In this document: positions 26,405 through 39,704 of the stretch, piece by piece
How positions within the stretch are numbered: position 1 is the stretch's first letter
How the letters are laid out: each line of letters opens with the position of its first letter
NCBI RefSeq assembly: GCF_009834535.1
Contig: NC_045711.1
Span: 1,426,001-1,490,000, forward strand
DNA: 64,000 bases
Direction of reading: 5' to 3'
From: Camelus ferus
Taxonomy: Eukaryota
Position numbers and translations under genes: made by a program
Notes under the pieces: model-generated
Database searches by the model: none
The model's input: the letters and a program-made list of their open reading frames with translations, nothing else
What the model was told of the DNA's origin: nothing

Positions 26405-26520
26405 GTCCTGGTTTATAAGGTCAGCTGAGCACAGTGTACAGAGCTGTGGAGTTGGATCCCAGATGCTTGTGCTATTTGTGTTATTAACAAGTTTCTCCTG
26501 CTAATTAGCCCTGAGACTTT
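26405..26520 (-). promoter_or_regulatory. Candidate promoter of the 24679-25627 OR3A gene
   Basis: Minus strand TCTCAGGG-CTAATTAG (26516-26501; O/E-like plus homeodomain) and TTATAAA about 90 bp downstream (26417-26411). Confidence 0.55.
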
Positions 26521-27641
26521 GGAGAAAAGAAAACAGAAGAGAAAAAAAATGTGACAGGGAGGGAGGAAGAGAGGATGGAAAGAAGGAAGGAAAGAAATAA
26601 AATAGGAAGTTAAACATTTACTTTAACATAAACTTTTTGTCACGTATGTTACTCCACTTAAACTTTACAGATTTTCCTGCAGGTAAGTAATCATTTTAAA
26701 CTTGAAAAAATGAGGCTCAAAAGGTAACTTGTTTACGTTCAAGGATGTAAGAATTTGTTTGGGTTGGAGAATTGTTATTTTTCTGCCAACCCCTGCTGCC
26801 TCCCAAGTCCCTTGTCATAGTCATTATCCCATTTACCTGTCATCCATCCATCCATCCATCTCTCCATTTCTCCATCTCTCCACTTTCCCTTCTGTAATAT
26901 GAAAGGCTGCACTGCATTAGCACTAGGTTTATGTAGAGTTATAAGAGTCTGTAATTATGGATTCTCTGCCCAGATCAGCCCTCTTGGCTCTCCCCAGACT
27001 CTTGTTGGTTCCCTGCTCGTTACCCCCCGGTCTGGACCCTTCTGCTCCCCTCTGTTTGCCAGCTCTGCCCTTCATTCTTCTAACCACTCAGAGTGGAAGA
27101 CTTCCCCATTCCATTTCACTACCATTCCCTGGATCCAGGTTTCACTCAGTCCTTTCTTCTCCTCGCAACAAGGAAAAAGCCACATGAAGATCGTGAGGGG
27201 TCTTCGTCCCCTCTTACTCAAGAAGGAAGGAAATTAGGAGTTCTGGAGCAGAGGGACTGACCTTTCTACTCTGGGTAGAGTTTCAGCTGGGGATTCTGAT
27301 AGAGAGGGCAGTGAGTTCTAAGCTGACCCAAGGTGGCCTTTCTGCAGAAGGCTTATAAAAGGAGTGAGGCAGGGCCTGCAAGTCTGTCTTCGTGCTCTGT
27401 CTATACGTGGGAGCTAACAAGCACCTAGGGGCCCTAAAAATTATGCACGCACACACACACACACCTCCAGGGATTGCACAGGAAGCCAGAGGCAAACAAT
27501 CTCAGTCCTTTAGTCCTTAAGGGTTTCTCTCATCTGCTTAGTATTTTGGACTCTATTTAAGAAACAATAGATTCATAACATCATTCCAGGCTCCTAACTA
27601 ATGCCTCTGAGAAAAGAGGAAAGGTACAGGTACTATATTAC

Positions 27642-27709
<68 letters not shown>
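27642..27709. repeat. (TTA)n/(ATT)n microsatellite, about 22 units
   Basis: Direct perfect trinucleotide run. Confidence 0.97.
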
Positions 27710-27959
27710 GTTTACAGAATAAATAGCCTTTACTGTTTGCAAGGGGAAGTGGAAGAGGAGGGGCTAGGACAGCTCCGGGTCCTGGGGTGGCTCACGGTCT
27801 CTGCCCTCCTGGTTCCCACATTACTGATGGGAAGGCTAAGATCCAGGGGCGCAGGTGACTTGGCAAGGCCAGAGAGCGTGTCCCTGGGGGCGCTCAGGCT
27901 GGGCGCCAGATAAGCTGATTCTGGTACTCGTTTCTCTCATTTCTTTTTCACGCTGGGTT

Positions 27960-28540
27960 TTTTCAAGGTACACCTTTAAATATTGGGTTAACTAAGGTAT
28001 AATTTTAACTGTCAAATTTGGTGAGTTTCGATAAAAGTATACAGCTTTGCATGTAGCACGTGCATCGATACATAGAAGACTTCAACTGCTCCAAAAAGTT
28101 CCTTTCTGCCTCTTTGCAGGCAACAGCCTCTCCACACCTCAGCCGTGGCAGCCACTGATCTGATTTCTGTCCCTCTGGTTTCACCTGTTTCATAGCATCA
28201 TATAAATGGAATCACACTGTATGTAGACTTTTTAATAACTGGATTCATTCAATGAGCACAATGCTTTTGAGATTCAAGCATGTCGGCTGTACCGGTTTCA
28301 CAGCCCTTTGTCACTGAGTGGTGCTCCGCTGTACGGAGGTACTGCACGTTGTTCAGCTATTTATCAGTTAACGAACATTTGGCTGTTTCCAGATTTTAGC
28401 CATTACAAATAAAGATATGATGAGTATGTGCAAACAATTCTCTGGATGTATGTCTTCATTTCTCTTTGGAAAATACCTAGGAGTGTAATGCTGGGCCTTA
28501 CGTAAGTGGAGGTTTAATTATGATCTTAATTTTTAAAAAA
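27960..28540 (-). mobile_element. Old L1 3' end (L1MB/MC-like)
   Basis: tttaactgtcaaatttggtgagtttcga...catcatataaatggaatcacactgtatgtag...aacatttggctgtttccag. Confidence 0.75.
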
Positions 28541-29844
28541 AATTCTTATGCTATTAAAGAAGCCTTGAATAACTGAGGAAATACACTTTAATCCAGATTG
28601 GGAAAATCAATAGGTCAAAGGTGTTAATTCTTCCTACATTTGTACACTGATACTGTTACTAGTTGAACTTTATAAACACATGTTTTTCAAATAATCTGGA
28701 GAGATGGTTGTATGAGAGGAAGCAGCCGCAGGAATGAGTAAGGCTGGGACAGGCCAACGCTAGCGATAGAAGAGTAGCAAGAAAGACCTTGACAACCACG
28801 TATGAACTTGCAATACCACAGTGATTAACCAGTGCAACAGAGAGTCCAACAACAGACCCCAGGCTCTAAGGATATTTAGCAGACAGTGAAGGGGTCATTT
28901 CATATCAGTGGGGAAAGACTCAATGAACCTATCCATTCAAAAATAAAAAAGGTTCTTTTCAGGCTCATTACAACAGCCATTCAACAAGATTATTTGAAGC
29001 AACACAGATTCACTAACAGAGGGTAGTTAAGTCCAGTTTGTTCCTCCCACTCAAAGAAATTTGTGCAATCTAGAGAAAAGAGGAGAAAGTTCTACACTGA
29101 ATGCCCTGTAAAGAGGTCCATCTACATTATTAAGTGAGAAGAGCTGGATATAGAGCTTTAAGGATAGAATCATTCCATTTTTACAAATACATATTGGGAA
29201 TGGAAAAAAATTGGTCACAATTATATGCTAAATGTCAATAATGATTATCTCTGAATGGTGAACTTATGGGTAATTTTAATTTTTGTACTTTCTAATTTTT
29301 CAATAAATGTGCATTATTACTGCATTGTGGAAAAAGCTGAATAAAGGTATAAACTGAGTAAATGCAGTGCCTTCCTCCTTCCAGCAATGCAGAGGGCTGA
29401 GGCTGGTTCAGGCTTATGTCTGAGAGGGCAAAGGCCTTCATTCAGTCCGTCAAGGAGACCCTTTTAAGTGAGCCAAGTCTCTTTCTCGACTAACTTCATT
29501 TCATGTGTTTGTTGGCGCTGGTCCAACATCCTACCTCGTCTCTATGATTTTTCTAAAAGCACCTATTCCCTCGGATTTGAGTTTAAATATTTATTCTCTT
29601 TTTGTTGGTTTATTTGTTGAAATCAGCCTCCAGTAATTCCCTCAACCTCTACCAGCTGCTCCAGAACAAACTGTCAATGTTAAAGGGACAAAACTTCTTA
29701 ATTCATATTTTCATTTTATTTTAATATTTTCTTTCTATAACACTGATCTTCTTGATCTTTTTTTTTTCTTTCTGGCCATTTTCTTGCCCATCTGTCCATC
29801 CCACCTTAGAGATACCCTTCCTCCTTGAAAAGATTTATTACTTT

Positions 29845-30070
29845 TGAGAGGCAGTAGCTCAAGTCATAGCCTGCCTAGGTTCAAATCTCAGCTCTGACAT
29901 TCATTAGCTGTCTGGGGAAGTTACTTAACCTCTCTGAGGTTCAGTGTCTTAATCTGTAAATTGTAAATCTGTATCTATCTCACAGGGTTGTTAAGAGGAT
30001 AAACAGCTTAATAGATGTCAGTCACTTTTAACAGAGGCCTGGCATGTTGGAATCACGATATAAGTACCAG
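29845..30070 (+). mobile_element. MIR SINE
   Basis: ggttcaaatctcagctctg...aagttacttaacctctctgaggttcagtg...agggttgttaagaggat. Confidence 0.85.
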
Positions 30071-30216
30071 CTTTTATCTTTTTTTATTGTACTCTCCTTC
30101 CTAAACCAGTCCCTGATCCGACTTCATCGTATTCACTTTCCACTTGCAGTAACCACAATACCTCTTGGAAGCAGTGAGCGGAACCATGACATTCATTAAG
30201 GCCAGAGGAAGGGATC

Positions 30217-31164
30217 TCACTTGGGGGGCTGTCTCCCCGTGAGCACCCTCCACAGGGCACCCTGCACATCAGGGTTCCGGAGGCTGTAGATGACTGGGTT
30301 CAGCATGGGGCTGATGACAGTGTTGAGGATGCCAATCCCCTTGTCCTTGTCCGAAGCCTCCACTGAGCCCAGCCTCATGTAGCTGAAGACACCTGTGCCA
30401 TAGAAGATGCCCACCACGGTGAGGTGGGAGCCACACGTGGAGAAGGCCTTCTTCCTGCCCTCTGCAGAGCGGATCCGCAGGACTGCAGCTGCCACATGTG
30501 NNNNNNNNNNNNNNNNNNNNNNNNNNNNNNNNNNNNNNNNNNNNNNNNNNNNNNNNNNNNNNNNNNNNNNNNNNNNNNNNNNNNNNNNNNNNNNNNNNNN
30601 NNNNNNNNNNNNNNNNNNNNNNNNNNNNNNNNNNNNNNNNTTGGGACCACAAAATTTAAGAGTAGATAAAGCAACAGTTTGGGTTAGTGCATTGGTGAAG
30701 GAAAAGGCACAGGACATGCCCGCCAGGGCTTGCTGGGTTCCCCAGCTCATGCGGGCGCTGTAGGTGAGGGGCTGGCAGATGGCCAGATAGCGGTCATAGG
30801 CCATGACGGTCAGCAGGAAGCAGTCCACCCCAGCCAGGAGATGGAAGAAGAAGAGTTGTGAGAGGCAGGATCTATAGGGGATGCTTCTGTGATTGGACAT
30901 GAAATGCCTCAGCATGGCAGGGACAGTGACACTGATGCAGCCGACATCCAGCAGGGACAGATTCCCCAGGAAGAAGTACATGGGGGTGTGGAGTTTGGGT
31001 TCAGTGAGGATGGCAGCCAGGATGCTGAAATTGCCACCCACAGTAGCTATGTAAGCAAATAGGAAGATGACGAAGAGGATGGGCTTCAGAGCTGGAGTCT
31101 CCGTCAGGCCCAGGAGGACAAACTCGGTGACAACTGAATCATTTCCCGAGGCTCCCAGACCCAT
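30217..31164 (-). CDS. OR3A4: Olfactory receptor OR3A4-like, apparently intact but with 140 N inside
   Basis: 948-bp ORF starting [32 protein letters not shown] and MSWGTQQAL are recalled as OR3A4-type. Frame and length are preserved across N 30501-30640. Acceptor ctcctgcag lies 13 nt upstream of the ATG. Confidence 0.82.
   Translation of the reverse strand: MGLGASGNDSVVTEFVLLGLTETPALKPILFVIFLFAYIATVGGNFSILAAILTEPKLHTPMYFFLGNLSLLDVGCISVTVPAMLRHFMSNHRSIPYRSCLSQLFFFHLLAGVDCFLLTVMAYDRYLAICQPLTYSARMSWGTQQALAGMSCAFSFTNALTQTVALSTLKFCGPXXXXXXXXXXXXXXXXXXXXXXXXXXXXXXXXXXXXXXXXXXXXXXXXHVAAAVLRIRSAEGRKKAFSTCGSHLTVVGIFYGTGVFSYMRLGSVEASDKDKGIGILNTVISPMLNPVIYSLRNPDVQGALWRVLTGRQPPK
30501..30640. other. 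N gap (140 bp) within OR CDS
   Basis: Run of n. Confidence 1.
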
Positions 31165-32277
31165 GGCTCTCTTCCACCTGCAGGAGAACTGAACTGAGCA
31201 AAGCTAGAAGGTGCCAATGGTGGCAAAAGGAGAATGAGATCTTTACAGCAACCACCAAGTGCAGCAAAGTCCAGGAGAGGGCCGGGAGGTAAGGACACAT
31301 AACATTTAATAGAGTTAAAAGACTGAGACATGATAAGAAAAGACTTAATACATCTGACTCTTCCATTGTCGCTTATCTCAAGGCTTTTTTTTAAAATTTC
31401 TTCTTTGATTTCATCATTGACCCATTGGTTTTGAGTAGCAGGTTGTTTAGTCTCCAATGTATCTGACTCTTAATGGATTGGAACAGGGCGTTGGACAGAC
31501 TCAAACAGAGATCGATGAATTGACATAAAAAGGGAAACAAATGTAATCTTTGAAAGTGAAAGGGGAAGATTCTTTTTCCTGAAACCAAAATGCCAAGAAG
31601 AAAATTCCAAGCCATGGTGGTGTGGCCACAATTTGGGTATGTAAGATCCCAGGGGTTGGAATGGAGGCTTCAGAGGAAGGGTGGGAGAAAACGGGCTCTC
31701 CTCAACCCTGTGTCCCTGCAGTCTGCATGTACACTTGTCAACATATGTGATGGCAGTGGTCAGATGCCTACAATTGCCCAGACTATTAAGAGATGAACCT
31801 GTGAAGCCATGAGACTTAGTCTGGACTTTTCAGGAAAAAAACTGTGAAACTGAATGAGGGGATATCATTGGGCACATTTCCAGCTCCATAGATGGTGACT
31901 ATCAGCCTTTTAGAAGTTCTAAATAATAAGATTATATTGCATTTTTCCATACAGAGTCTAGGAAATTTGGGCTCCACAGTACTGACCTTTCACTGAATAA
32001 GAAAAATGTAAAAGGAGTTTTGAACAGCATGAGTTTCCAGGCTTAAGCTCCAGGTGGGTTTAGTGGATACCTCCTGAGCTGCCTCCCTAGATGCCCAGTG
32101 AAGCTCTCTCTCACACGCCCGATAAGCAGATACCAGAACCGAGTTCCCTTCTGCTTCCAACTCCACCATCACTTGCCTTTTTGCTCTTCTGTTTCTTGAG
32201 TCAAATTGCACATCATCCAACACACATCCTATCATGGATCTGATGAGCAAATAAGGCTTTTACGATGCTGTGACCTG

Positions 32278-32301
32278 CACACACACACACACACACACAC
32301 A
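32278..32301. repeat. (CA)n microsatellite
   Basis: Direct run. Similar short runs at about 2404-2426, 34298-34323, 43199-43212 and 52117-52134. Confidence 0.95.
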
Positions 32302-32867
32302 CGTGATCACTGAGATAACGCTTTCCTTTCCCCAGCCCTTAGTGGTCACACCAATAAAACACACAGTGATCCACCTTGACCTCCGGCTGAGGGATAGATC
32401 TTTAAGTCACTCACATGGAGTCTACTCCCAACAGGAAGAGGCTGGAGTTGGAGCTCCCCAGGGAGCAAAAGGCTTGAGCAGAGGAAAATGTTTTCTGATG
32501 ATTAATGTTTAGAATAATGTCCTCAAGTCCACAATGGGTTAACTGCACCATCTAATGGCTTAGCTTTTTCTGCATGGACATGTTCTGACCATCACCCCAG
32601 TCTCTCCAGATCTGAACTGGTCTTCATTCTCAATCTGCTCTTGACTTAACTATTTTGCTAACAGCCTTGCCCTCCTCCAGGTAGGAGGTTTTAAACCTGA
32701 GTTATCACTGACTCCTCCCTGTCTCTAACCCACAGATTCAAGCAGCCGCATCCAACTGGATCTTTCAGGAGAAGGGAGAATACATTCCAGAGCCCAGAGG
32801 ATGAACTTCACTTGAATTATGGAAACCAAGTTGGGAGCGTGCAGCGAGGGGCCTTGAGATGGCACTT

Positions 32868-33056
32868 ACCAAGTCAAGGGGCGGACACTTCTTGGGCAAA
32901 GAGGAGGGACAGTCATGCTGGCCCACAGACCTCCACATCAGGGTAGCTTATAAAGAACAGAAAGACAAAGAGACAAACAACTCAGCTGACATCATCCTCA
33001 CTCTGGGATTTTTCTCCACCCGATTGTTACCCCTGGGGGCCTCAGAAATTAGCATC
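32868..33056 (-). promoter_or_regulatory. Candidate promoter and first non-coding exon of OR3A4-like
   Basis: Minus strand GCTAATTTCTGAGGCCCCCAGGG (33053-33031), TTTATAAG near 32950, donor TTG|GTAAGT at 32870/32869. Confidence 0.6.
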
Positions 33057-35099
33057 TTCCAGGAGGAGCCAGGGCCAGATAAATACTTGGTTTTGCCACA
33101 GACATAATTATCTTTAGTTTCTTTTAAATGTTTTGGATTTTCTTAAAATGTTTTCAAGTATGACCTTCATGGATATGGCAAAATTCATTTATTTAACAGA
33201 AATATTTTTGAGCACTTGCTATGGACCGGCATTTGTTATCAGCACTTCACGGAGTTAAAATGAATCTCAGAAAGTCTTAAAATGCAGTAAAGGTCACAGT
33301 GTTTTGGGGATGGAGTTGATACTTTGGATTTCTGGTTTAGCCGCACCTACTACCTTAGGAGAGGAGGAGCAGGGACTTGTGACATCCTAGCTTTGCCTGC
33401 AATGTGGGGCTGAGAGGAGGGTGGAGCCTGGGGCAAGATTTGCCTCATCTTATCCCCTCCATCATCTCACAAGATCACCTCACATCTCCCGTCACAGCTC
33501 ATTATAACCATCCTCAAACCAAGCTTCCCTGCTCTAAGAAATAACCTGCCCTTTCTCTGCTCTGTAGTATAATTCCAGCCCCTCTAGTAGCCTGACCCTA
33601 AATGTTTTCTAGCCTCATGTCCCCAACACTATAGAGGAAAATAAAGATTTGGAATAACTTCTAGACAGGGACTGCTCTACTTTTGCTAACTCCTCAAAGA
33701 GGCCTTAGGCATCAACTAAAACCATTAACAATTCCTTGTTAATTAAGGGAGCTTTCCCCCTGGCTCTTGTCAGCAAGTTTGAGAGAAGTTCTTTGCAGGA
33801 TCAATGGAAGAGCCTCACAGTGTCTCAAGACTGCCATATGGCAAGGAGTTGGCAGGGAATTAGGATGAGCTGAGAACTCTGTTGACAGCTGTCCACGGAA
33901 GGGAACCTCTGGGTTCCGGAGCCCAAATGGAACCCTTTCCTGCACATTCTCCTGTTGACAGAGCAAAGGCTGTGTTCTCCCCCTTGAAGGTCTTCTTTTC
34001 TCACACCCTGTTAACTCAGGAAACTCTGTCCGTGAAGATTTGTCCCAGGTCTTCTCTCTTCCAGGAAATCATGCATGCACCCCTGGGCTGGCTTGGGTGC
34101 CCTGCCTCTATACTCCCATAGCACCTAAAGGCAATGCATGCTGACGACCCTCCATTTTTATTTCCATCCCAGATGCTTAAGCTGTTGATTCTCATACCTA
34201 ACTGTGTGTTGGATATTTGTACATGAACATCCTGCAGGAACCTCAGGTTCAACAGGCACAAAACCAAATCATGTTTCCCCCTATTTACAAAAGGGTGCAC
34301 ACACACACACACACACACACACAATCTTTTTGTTTGTTTACACAAGGCATGATATTGAATACAATTTAATTTGCAACTTTTTTTGAGTTTAATATAATGT
34401 ATTCTTCAAAATTTTGTGACTTTCTAATATTCTATCATTTGCATTTGCCAACATTTACTTAACCACTGGGTATTTAGTTTCCAATTTTCCACCATTATAA
34501 ATAATAATGCAACCCAGTCCCTGCATCTCTGAGTTTTGTCCTATGTCCTGAGTAGTTTGTAGCCCCAATTTGTGCAAGGATCTTGTCTCATCCATTGCTA
34601 GTCTACATTTTCAAGACTGGATTCCTTGTCATCTCATGAAGAAAGTGCAGGTTGCTTATGTTTTATCTAAGGGACAGGGGAAACAAGTATTCTTCCTACC
34701 CCCCACTCATATTCTTCTCCTATATCCTTATTTTGAGAGGAGTTACCAGCTCCAGGGCACATCGGCTTGTTTGTTAACAGACGTTACTTTAACTCAGTTT
34801 ACTATCAAGGAAAAGAAAAAAGATTCATTATGTAAGCATGTGGCAATTCAAAGCCCTCATGAAATAGCGATCAGCTGGTAGGAAAACAACTTTGCTTGCA
34901 TTTTTAGACCATTTAATTTATACTGGGACTGATGGTGACAGATGCTAATGATGACAATTGCACCATATTTACTTTAAGGTGGTAGTGATACAGATGTGAC
35001 TCAACAGGATGACCTTGCTGCAATGCCCGACTTCAGCTCCCCGCAGAACTGAAAAAGTCTACAGTATCTTTCTGATTATTTTTATTTCATTAATAGTAC

Positions 35100-36760
35100 T
35101 TTGCACCTCCACTTTTATTTTTAATGTATTTCATAAATAAAACACTTATATACAAATGTGATATATGCAGTGGTATTCTCAGCTTGAGAATGAAAGTTAA
35201 TTCGCCTTAGAATTGAGATGAAGATGGCAGTGATGGGAGGGTCCCACTGAGGTCCATTTACGTGAGGGACGGTGGAGCTTCCGGGAAGAGGGCAGAGTGA
35301 GTGGATACGCCCAAGTCCAAGGACAATGGGTAGAATGTCACAGGAGAGCTCATCTCCAGGTGCCATTCCCTCCCTAGCCTCCCCTCCAGACTCATACTAG
35401 GTCAAATAAGAGAGAGTTGCAATAAAGCGATGGTGAATATAAAGTTTTCTTGATTATTCCTTTATTGGTAGGTATGTAAGTTACTTAAAATTTCCCTCAT
35501 TTTTGCTCTTCTACATTTAGGACAGATTCCTAGAAGTGGTTACAAAGGTTATAAAAACTGGTATATTTGATAACAAGATGTGTAGCCAGGTCCTCTATTT
35601 AATGGCAGACTATTTTTCCCTGACATTTTATTGTAAAAAATTTCAAGCACACAATAAAGTTCAAATAATTATACAGGGAACACCCACATGCCCATCATCT
35701 GGATTTTGCCATTGTATTTGGTCTTTATAAATGAGATTGCTCAATAGTTATTCTTCTTTGACCTGATTGTTTCACTTATTATTATGTTTGTGTCATTCTA
35801 TTAGTGTCCACAACTGTTGCTCATTTACTTTTTAAGGTTGTTTAGCATTGCATGGGATGAATACACCACAGTTTATCATTTCTTTTCTATTTGAAGGTAT
35901 TTTTCTTCTGTGAACACTCCGGTACACATCTCTTGGTGCACACATGCAAGAATTTCTCTATGGCCACTATTTAGAAATGGAATTCATGCACCTTCAGATT
36001 TAAAGGATAAAATCAAATTGTTTCTGAAAGTGCTTGTACCACTTTATGGTCTGACCAGTTGTGTACAATATTTTTTAAAACTCTATATTCTCATCAAAAC
36101 TTGTTACCTCATTTCTTCATTCAGACCAATACAGTGAACGTGAAATGGATGTCTCCAGTGTGATTTTGATTTGCATTTGCTAGATCACAAATAGGGCTGA
36201 ACTTCCTTTCCTAAATTCCCTTCCTCTTCTGTGAAATCCTCCTTCATGTCTTTAACCTATTTTCTGCTGGATCCCTTGTATTTTTCTTGTTGGTTGCAGA
36301 AGTCTTAGATATATTTTGGATACTCCAGGACAGCTATATGTGATGCAAATGTTTTTGCATTTGTAACTGTCTTTTCACTTTTAAAAAGTTGCCCTATGAT
36401 GAACAGAGATTTTAAATTTTAATGCAAGCAAATTTCTCAGTCTTTTAAAAATGATCAATGCTTGTTGGACTTCTTTAAGAATGATTGAGCTCCTAGAAGA
36501 TCATGAAGATATTCCATAGACTATTTCCACAGTTTGACATTTTTAATCTTCAGTATAAATATCTTGTCTACCTGAAACTGATTTTCGTGCAAGGAGTGAG
36601 AAAGACGGCTAATGTCATTTTTTCCTATGGATATCCATTGCCCCAGCATTGTTTACTGAAAGGCCTGTCCTTTCCCCTACTGTTGGCTCCACCATGTCAC
36701 ATACCAAATTCCCACATATTATTTCCAAATTCTCTAATTTGTTCTTTTGGTTCATTTCTC
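35100..36760 (-). mobile_element. Fragmented old L1 (L1M/L1ME-type)
   Basis: Degenerate L1 3' motifs: ttttgatttgcatttgc, atatattttggatact, tttttcctatggatatccattgccccagcattg. Confidence 0.65.
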
Positions 36761-37249
36761 TAATTTTGCTCAAAAATAGGACACAGTCTTAATGACTGTA
36801 CCTTTGAAACATGTTATGATGCCTTGTGGGGCAGACAGGAGCTGTTTTAGTGAGACAGTAGGAGAGACATACTCTGGATGGTAGCAGCTTTTAATTAGAA
36901 TTAGAGTCCAGAGGTGAGGACTGGGCAGGGACAGGATGAGCACAGCTTTGACGTGGATTCTTGGACTCATCCACTGTATTACAGACACTAGGCACGTTGT
37001 AAGATGGACAGCAAGCATCTGAAGGCGAAAATATGCCACTAATCTTTCCCAATTGACTAATATCCTGTAAGTGGATATTACCTGACCATGAAGGAGGTGG
37101 AAAAGATTGGCACTAACATCAGAGTACATCTCGATGGCAGAGACAGAGTCACAGGGGTGTAGATGTGGCAACAGTTGCTTTCTGAAGTAGTTGGAAGAAG
37201 AGAGGATGGAAAGTTTTAAAGGAAGTTGGTAAAACCACATTACGGGGTT

Positions 37250-37600
37250 TGAGTTCCAGCTCTAGTTACATCCTAGATATACGACATTGCTGAGCCTCAG
37301 TTTCCTCCTCTGCAAAGTGGGGCAAATAACGAAGCTACATCAAAGAGTTATTAGGAAGATCAACTAAGCTAATGTACTAAAACACAGAAAATATTAATGA
37401 TTGCTATTTTAGTATTATTAATATTTGCTGATTCCCTGCCAAGGACTTGAAGCATGCTATTTCCTTTTTAAGTCTCAGACCGACTCTGAGGGGTCCAGAT
37501 GTTGTTCTCATTTCACAGATGAGGAAACTGAAGCCCACAGGTGTTCAGCAGCGGGTCCCTAAGTCACACCACTAATAGCTGGACAAATGAGTCTGACTGG
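37250..37600. mobile_element. Two MIR SINEs in opposite orientation
   Basis: 37250-37410 (+): gagcctcagtttcctcctctgcaaagtgggg. 37480-37600 (-): catttcacagatgaggaaactgaagccc. Confidence 0.75.
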
Positions 37601-38244
37601 AGACCATGTCCATGCTTTTCAATACTGCACCAGGCTGCCCTGGTATGAGGAGATATGAGGAGTAGGGGGTCCTACAGCTAAGGAAGTGCACTTCTCCATT
37701 ATGGTGGGCATGACACAACTCGGTTCTTCTTTTGCCACTTTCAGAATCATTAGGGGACCCCCAAGATGTGGTCCCAGTGGCCCCTACTAACAAGGTCTTG
37801 AGGGAGAAGGCACCGCATTCTGAGGGCTCATTAGGAAACTGAGTTTGCAGCAGGCTTCTCCCCCTTGTCTTCTTTCTTGTGCCTCATCTCATCCCCAGCT
37901 CTAGGCAGGCCTGGAAGTCAGCGGCTCTCTGCTCAAAGCTCTTCTTTCTTTAAGCCAGGGGTCTGGGAGAGCAAAGCTCTCAGTCTGGACTCTGGTCCAG
38001 TTCCAGCTCCACCATTCGCTTCCATGGGTGACTTCAGGAGCCTCTCAGGACCTCATTGCCCTGAGTGTGTGATGAACACGATTAATAACCCCTTCTAGTT
38101 ACCCCAAGGAGCCAGTATGAGCGGTGAAGAAGAGTTGGCCTTTTGTGAGAAAATCAAAAGCATCACAAAGCCGTGAAGCATCATTACTGGACTCACCAGA
38201 GACCTGGGCTTGTTTACTGGTCTGTGGTTCCCCAGGCCCTCGAC

Positions 38245-38455
38245 CCTCCCTGGGAGGGCTAATTTCTGAGGTCCCCAGGGATGGCACTGCAACGGCAGCA
38301 GCTCACAACAGAGCTGATCTCATCTCTCTCTCACCCGTTTCCTTATATGTGGCCCCTTCCTTGCTCTCCGGGGCTAGGGCCCGCACAGAGCTGCGCCCGC
38401 TTCACTTTCCTCCGTCAGAACCCTCTCTGGCTTCTGCACCTGTAACAAGGTGAGC
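38245..38455 (+). promoter_or_regulatory. Candidate promoter and first non-coding exon of the 39705 OR3A gene
   Basis: TCCCTGGGAG-GGCTAATTTCTGAGGTCCCCAGGG (38247-38280), cttatat near 38343, donor AAG|GTGAGC at 38449/38450, acceptor tcttacag at 39698 (6 nt before the ATG). Confidence 0.6.
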
Positions 38456-39704
38456 GTGCTCCCGGGTGCCCCTTCTGCTCTCTGCTCTTTTTTCTTCCAT
38501 TATTTAAGCATTTAATTTTTATTTTGCCTAAAGCTTTCAGAGTAATGAGAAATACTTGAAGTAACAAAGGTCATTGCTTTCCTTGCTCCTGATTTTAATA
38601 GAAAAATCACTACTACTTCACCATCATGAATGATTCAGATCTGCAGCAGACGTGGCCTGCCACGTGAAATGGTGTAACTACACACCCGCTTCAAGTAACC
38701 ACGCACATTTTTTCTCTATTTTCTCTACATCAGGAAAGTATGTCAATGTTTGTGAACTGCCTTTTTAGAAAATGTTCCTCTTTTTAAGCTAAAGTATATG
38801 CTATCGTATATTAATAAATTTGCTATTATTAAACAATCCTCTCCTATAAAATCTATTAGATAATGTGGATTCCTATATTGTACTTAGGATTTTTCCATAC
38901 ATTGTTATCCAATGAGGGTGGTGTAGAATAATTCCTTTTTTTTTTTTTTGCTATCATTGTTACATTTTAGCATCAGGATTTGCTAACTTCAAAGATATAA
39001 ATTAGAAGGCTTTCATTTTTTTCTAAGTTAAGAAAAGCTTATATTACATTATAATTCTTAAAAAAAATTTGTCTAAGAAGTATATGAGCTTGGAGCCTAC
39101 AAGTGGAAGTACATGATCTACTACTTTTTCCATTTTATTTTCAGTTATAGCTAGTTTATTTATTCATTGTTTGAACTTAGGAGCAGATAGTATTCCAAGA
39201 TTCTTTGATTAATTTTTGAACTTTTCAATTCCTAATTTTGTGTATCTTTACATTTTTCTTGCTTAGATATTGGCCAGATATGTATTTCTTTAAATTTAAA
39301 GGACTTCTGATCAATTCTGTCCCTTTCTATTTGACTATCTGTCCATTTTTACTTTAGCATTATGTTTTCCCCAATCTTCTCATACAGGTTGTTGGTGGGA
39401 GGACTTCTTTGCTTGATTCTAGGGAACAAAGGAAGAAAGGATTTATGTACCTTCATGAGGAAGGGGGGAAGTCCAAGGTAGTCGTGGCATCAGGCAACTC
39501 ACCTGGAAGCTGGGTAAGGACTCTAGGTGAAGACAGAGAGGGTTAATGAGTGAGGTGTGGCCTGAGAGGGAAAATACTCACTAGGACACGTGGGGATTTA
39601 CCCTGGGTCTTGACATGTGCAAGTGAGTCAATTATATTCTTACCGAACAACTAAATTGGGAAGACTGATCCCTTCCACTATGGGATGTCTTCTTACAGGG
39701 ACCC

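Noticed and set aside
36770-37240. 156-aa minus-strand ORF (MWFYQLPLK...) as a novel gene or decayed OR
   Set aside because: No convincing OR motifs. The DNA looks more like a degraded L2/CR1-type LINE fragment (cactaaaacagctc resembles the STETAL region). Not verifiable without a search.
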